From Candidatus Latescibacterota bacterium (lineage in GTDB: Bacteria > Latescibacterota > UBA2968 > GCA-2709665), in assembly GCA_965219995.1 (NCBI GenBank), contig CBDCOX010000002.1:3360001-3424000 (forward strand): 64,000 bases of DNA, read 5' to 3'. Numbering within the stretch: the stretch's first letter is position 1; every line of letters begins with the position of its first letter. Shown one piece after another: positions 61,201 to 64,000 of this stretch. Both the position numbers and the translations under genes were made by a program. The notes beneath the pieces were generated by a model, which saw only the letters and a list, made by a program, of their open reading frames with translations, ran no database searches and had not been told where the DNA came from.

Positions 61201-61234
61201 CCGGACCGCGCGATGTGAAGAGAGAGGGTTTCAA
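58220..61234 (-). CDS. Outer-membrane protein: signal peptide + HExxH metallopeptidase-like domain + TolB/PD40 beta-propeller + Omp85-like barrel
   Basis: AVA-Q signal, IVHELTH...W..EG, repeated SPDG, PVRGY lid-lock-like motif, LFADAGNAW, terminal LHLGTSF beta-signal. Confidence 0.8.
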   Translation of the reverse strand: MKPSLFTSRGPASRVRRTLPVLLACIAYCAAPAVAQRFPPPDAPWRTLDTEHFRITFPGHLEALARRAAGQAEWAHARLSEHFVHGPEGPIDIVLTDHTDVSNGYATPFPSNRIVLFARPPVDSFQLGYFDDWQQLLIVHELTHIFHLNRPGRYSVRGLFGRIPAPVFGFPALTSPRWVIEGIGTWYESALTGRGRVLGTFNEMVLRTAALEGRFETIGQAGGPSPQWPGGNRAYTYGPMFFEYLLRKHGRDRMEAFVEAVEKQWIPYRLNAAGRSAFGVSMSHEWAAWADAWRDSAAGLDARLARFGAITQPERLTRGARYADHPKVSPDGSALIYIRSDGRSDTRLVSAYPNGGRESTIARTRGRRFTFAPNGDIVVDQLEFSGLYRIYRDLYRVTPDGAVQRLTNAARLSAPSAGPGDRVVAVAEGEGTNGLVRVNTNTGAIDTLVRPEEGVYWAFPGVSPDGRRIAATRWSGGNQDIVVLDERGGLVSQVTRDRALDFAPAWSPDGRWLVWASDRTGILNILAARFDGAKATAPVMLTNVRTGAAMPSVDPSGKWLYVSGYHVDGWEVERIPFDPDHAPLAPEHRLDSTDSAAGRTAREVAAIASDSHAPAVGQIRAYSPLQTLLPRYWIPIGTYSFSSAGSGANPRTKVLGASVGAFTSGVDLVGRHTYALTARAFLPTGGYSGGRAAGFLTYRYAGLGNPALGLTVSQNWDEELVRVRKENDAPVDTTFVLERTRYAGLSVGVARPRAWSNLSLSLSGGVLREDREALDSELNRNELPQFETPSSTLAEVAARFRASTARSHAFQLGQAAGASFSVVARRRIDLDRGSSDDRSLDDATGDVRAYVKLPGGGFAAPVLALRASAGIARGPGSGRGHFSIGGSDRRVFPVRGYEGTPRSGRRAWTASLELRLPATLANRAYRTDLLHLDRAFLTLFADAGNAWGRDNSRAARPQPLLAAGGEVVYAVGMLCVPFRFRIGAAYGFTEPKGAVPHLHLGTSF

Positions 61235-61235
61235 T

Positions 61236-62510
61236 TCAGTTACCGGTCTCCTTGTTTCCTGCCGCCGACGCCTCCTCCTCGGGCCGGGCGTCGTGGAGGG
61301 CGCCGAAACGTCTCAATCCCGGCACACCGGCCGCGGCGCCGAGGACAACGACGACCGTCCCGATGCCACCGCTGACCACCGAGACGACCGGCCCGAACCA
61401 GTGGGCGACCAGGCCGGACTCCAGGCCGCCGAGTTCGTTGGAAGCGCCAATGAAGACGTAGTTGACGGCGAGCACGCGCCCGCGCATCCGGTTGGTCGTG
61501 AGCAACTGGACGAGGGTGTGCCGGACGACCATGCTGACGTTGTCGAAAGCGCCGGTGAGGAAAAGCATCGCCAGCGAGAGCCAGAACGATTGAGAAAAAC
61601 CGAAGACGATCGTGGCCGCGCCGAATCCCGCCACGGCCAACAGGAGGTTCCGGCCCGCGCGCCGCATGGGAGGCAGGTAGGCCAGGAGGATGGCCATGCA
61701 GAATGCGCCGACGCCGGGAGCGGCCCGAAGCCAGCCGAAGCCCTGAGGGCCGACGTGAAGGATTTCCTCCGCATAGATCGGCAGCAGGTAGACGGCGCCG
61801 CCCAACAGCACGGCGAACATATCCAGCGCCATCAGGGAAAAGATCAGGCGGGTTCGCCAGACGTAGCGGATGCCCGCCAGCAGGGTTGTTAGCGACGGGG
61901 GTTCCGCTCTCTCGGACTCTGTACGGAACGACACGCGCGTGAGGAGACCGACGAAGACGAGGGTGCTCGCCGCGCTGAGCGCGTAGGCGGCGGGAACGCT
62001 GAACAGCACGACAAAACCGCCCAGGGCCGGGCCGACCACCCATGCCATCTGCATCAGGCTGGTGTTCCACGTAACGGCAATCGGAAAGATGTCTCTCGGT
62101 ACGAGCAGGGGTACCAGGGCGGTCCTGGCCGGACGGCCCAGACAGGTGGCCGTCGCATCCAGCGCCAGCAACGCGTACATCAGGAAGATCGGCCCCTTCC
62201 CGATGGAGAGCGCCAGGAGCGCCAGCGACGTCAGGGTCGTGCCCAGCATGCTGAAGATGACCACCCGGCGGCGGTCGAACCGGTCCGCCAGGTAGCCCGC
62301 GGGCAGGGCCAGGAGGATGGTGGGCAGGGCCTGCGCGAGCCCGACCAGGCCCAGGGAGAGCGCCTGTCCGGTGCGCTGGTAGATCTCCCATCCGATGGCG
62401 ATGCTCTGGATCTGGTTCCCCACGATGGCGAAGAACCAGCCCAGGATGTAACGCCGGTAGTTGGCAATGCGGAAGGCCGCGTAGGGATCGTGCTTCCCGG
62501 ATGGAGGGAT
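61236..62510 (-). CDS. MFS transporter (DHA3/EntS-like); start codon non-canonical or uncertain
   Basis: About 12 TMs, AGYLADRFDRRR motif A, MRGRV, ASNELG..ESG; the reading frame continues upstream of GTG 62423 through HDPYAAFRIANYRRY to ATC 62510. Confidence 0.85.
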   Translation of the reverse strand: MPPSGKHDPYAAFRIANYRRYILGWFFAIVGNQIQSIAIGWEIYQRTGQALSLGLVGLAQALPTILLALPAGYLADRFDRRRVVIFSMLGTTLTSLALLALSIGKGPIFLMYALLALDATATCLGRPARTALVPLLVPRDIFPIAVTWNTSLMQMAWVVGPALGGFVVLFSVPAAYALSAASTLVFVGLLTRVSFRTESERAEPPSLTTLLAGIRYVWRTRLIFSLMALDMFAVLLGGAVYLLPIYAEEILHVGPQGFGWLRAAPGVGAFCMAILLAYLPPMRRAGRNLLLAVAGFGAATIVFGFSQSFWLSLAMLFLTGAFDNVSMVVRHTLVQLLTTNRMRGRVLAVNYVFIGASNELGGLESGLVAHWFGPVVSVVSGGIGTVVVVLGAAAGVPGLRRFGALHDARPEEEASAAGNKETGN

Positions 62511-62513
62511 CGC

Positions 62514-63878
62514 CTATTTCTCCCGGTTCTTGACAGCGTCGCGGATTTCGCGGATGCCGCCTTCCAGCCTGTCCAGGCGTTCGTTGGCGCTGTTCATCTC
62601 TTCCCTGATCTTCGCGACCATACCGGCCTGTTCTTCAAGTTCCTCTGCGTGTATGGAGTCTTCTTCCTTGACGAGAATACTCGTCAGCGTCGCCGTGAAG
62701 ACGCCCACCAGGACCATTCCGGTGATCACCAGAAAAACGGTGAGAATTCTGCCGGAAGGAGTCTCCGGGTTGTGGATGTCGGCGTAACCGCCGGTGACAA
62801 GCGTCGTGAAGCTCCACCAGAGGCTTTCCCAGAATCCGGAACCGGACTCCATGTGTTCCAGAAACATGAAGACGCATGCGCCGAAAACAAGCGACATGAG
62901 GCCATAGAGAAGGGACCGTTTGAGAAGCCGCACGTCCAGCGTGGTGCTGAGGTGGTCCATACCCCGCCAGAAGAACAGTCCGATGCGCATCAACCGCAGC
63001 GCCCGAAGAATCCGCACGGCCCGCAGAAGCCGACCCAGGCGTACGACGCCAAGGTCGCCGGAGGCGGCAATGACCTGCACCGGGGGAAGCGGAATGGACG
63101 TGATGAAGTCGATCCAGTTGTTTTTCCAATACCACTTTTTGGAATGGGCAAGCTTGTGCTCGAAGACGAAGTTGGCCATGAAAATGGTGCAGCACACCAC
63201 GTCGATGATCCACAAGATCCACAGCGTGCCCACAGAGAAGTGGGGATGTACTTCCACAACCGGTTTCTTGTATTTCGCGCCGCGATCTACAATGTCCACC
63301 CCGGTCAGTTTTCCGGCGGTCACGTGCCCGGAAACGAGTGCGCCGGACCCGACCGTGTCCACAATGTGTATGTTCACTCGCTCATATCCGGCGCCCGCTT
63401 TCGTAATCAGGATCTTGCTGATCTTACCCTCTTTCACTTCCGCCGTTGCCGCCGCGCCGCCTCCGCTGGCGCCGATGCCGAGCAGATCCACGACAAGGAT
63501 CGAGATCAGAAACAGGATGAGAAAGAAGATGACGATGTCCTTCACGTAAACGTTCCGGACGCTGCCCAAAACGCTGGCTTGCCTGTCCATCAGATGTTTC
63601 TTCTGGAAGGCCTGTTCGATGACCCGGGCCTTGTCCTCCAGCCCCTGTCTTTCCTCGTTCAACGTCGAAATCCGCGAATCCGCCGCGTCCAGGTCCAGTT
63701 CGTAGCGGCCATGTTTCTTGTTCAGGGCGACCGCGTCCGCACTTCCGGCCATACGGTTGATCTTCTCTTCCTCCGAGGCCAACTCGCGGTCGATCTTCTC
63801 GATCTCCCCTCCGACCAGGTCTCTCATCCTCCTGATGCGGTCGAGGGAACACGTTTCGATACGCTTTAGATTTGCCAT
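62514..63878 (-). CDS. Voltage-gated ion channel (6-TM Kv-like) with atypical filter and extracellular insertion
   Basis: NWIDFITSIP S3, RLGRLLRAVRILRALRLMR S4, SLWWSFTTLVTGGYADI pore, P.T..GR S6, N- and C-terminal coiled coils. Confidence 0.88.
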   Translation of the reverse strand: MANLKRIETCSLDRIRRMRDLVGGEIEKIDRELASEEEKINRMAGSADAVALNKKHGRYELDLDAADSRISTLNEERQGLEDKARVIEQAFQKKHLMDRQASVLGSVRNVYVKDIVIFFLILFLISILVVDLLGIGASGGGAAATAEVKEGKISKILITKAGAGYERVNIHIVDTVGSGALVSGHVTAGKLTGVDIVDRGAKYKKPVVEVHPHFSVGTLWILWIIDVVCCTIFMANFVFEHKLAHSKKWYWKNNWIDFITSIPLPPVQVIAASGDLGVVRLGRLLRAVRILRALRLMRIGLFFWRGMDHLSTTLDVRLLKRSLLYGLMSLVFGACVFMFLEHMESGSGFWESLWWSFTTLVTGGYADIHNPETPSGRILTVFLVITGMVLVGVFTATLTSILVKEEDSIHAEELEEQAGMVAKIREEMNSANERLDRLEGGIREIRDAVKNREK

Positions 63879-64000
63879 CGCGACGCTTGTAAACTCCGGT
63901 TCAGGTTATGAAAGAATAGGTGCCAACAACAATCACGTGCTGTATATACCCCTTCTGCGGGACTTCTCGATGATCGAGAGATGCTCATGCCATTCAGGTT

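Noticed and set aside
62514-62516. Genome-wide TAG recoding (e.g. pyrrolysine)
   Set aside because: TAG clearly terminates other genes here (ctpA, hom, mnmE, gyrA) and no pyl genes are in the window
63909-63926. TTGGCACC upstream of the channel gene as a sigma54 promoter
   Set aside because: No GC at the -12 position

Overview
Chromosomal replication-origin region of a GC-rich (roughly 60%) diderm bacterium. An FCB-group lineage such as Latescibacterota/Gemmatimonadota is my inference and is not proven. The core block is dnaA-[oriC]-dnaN-recF-dciA-gyrB-gyrA on the minus strand and rpmH-rnpA-yidC-mnmE-rsmG on the plus strand, with two parS sites; yidD, mnmG and parAB are absent from the window. 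Flanking housekeeping genes include ctpA, tmk, argF, a DHH phosphoesterase, surA, mfd, tRNA-Asp, hom, pgsA, serS, hemE-hemH-hemY, clpP and sat. Accessory genes include alpha-2-macroglobulin+pbpC, a penicillin-acylase family protein, an LLM monooxygenase and a low-GC HNH nuclease. Most unusual items: (1) an XRE helix-turn-helix fused in frame to a methylmalonyl-CoA mutase large subunit, which also carries a parS site inside its conserved RGTY motif; (2) a voltage-gated channel with a non-canonical TGGYAD filter and an inserted phage-like beta-repeat domain, tightly coupled to an MFS gene with no canonical start and to a peptidase/propeller/Omp85 gene; (3) a sigma54-promoter/RBS/terminator-delimited 56-aa orphan ORF; (4) a GyrA C-gate-like insertion in CtpA; (5) several families of non-autonomous hairpin elements, including a heptamer-armed family clustered at 27-33 kb that has inserted into another element. 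No CRISPR array, transposase or prophage was seen. All calls come from reading the sequence by eye, with no database searches.
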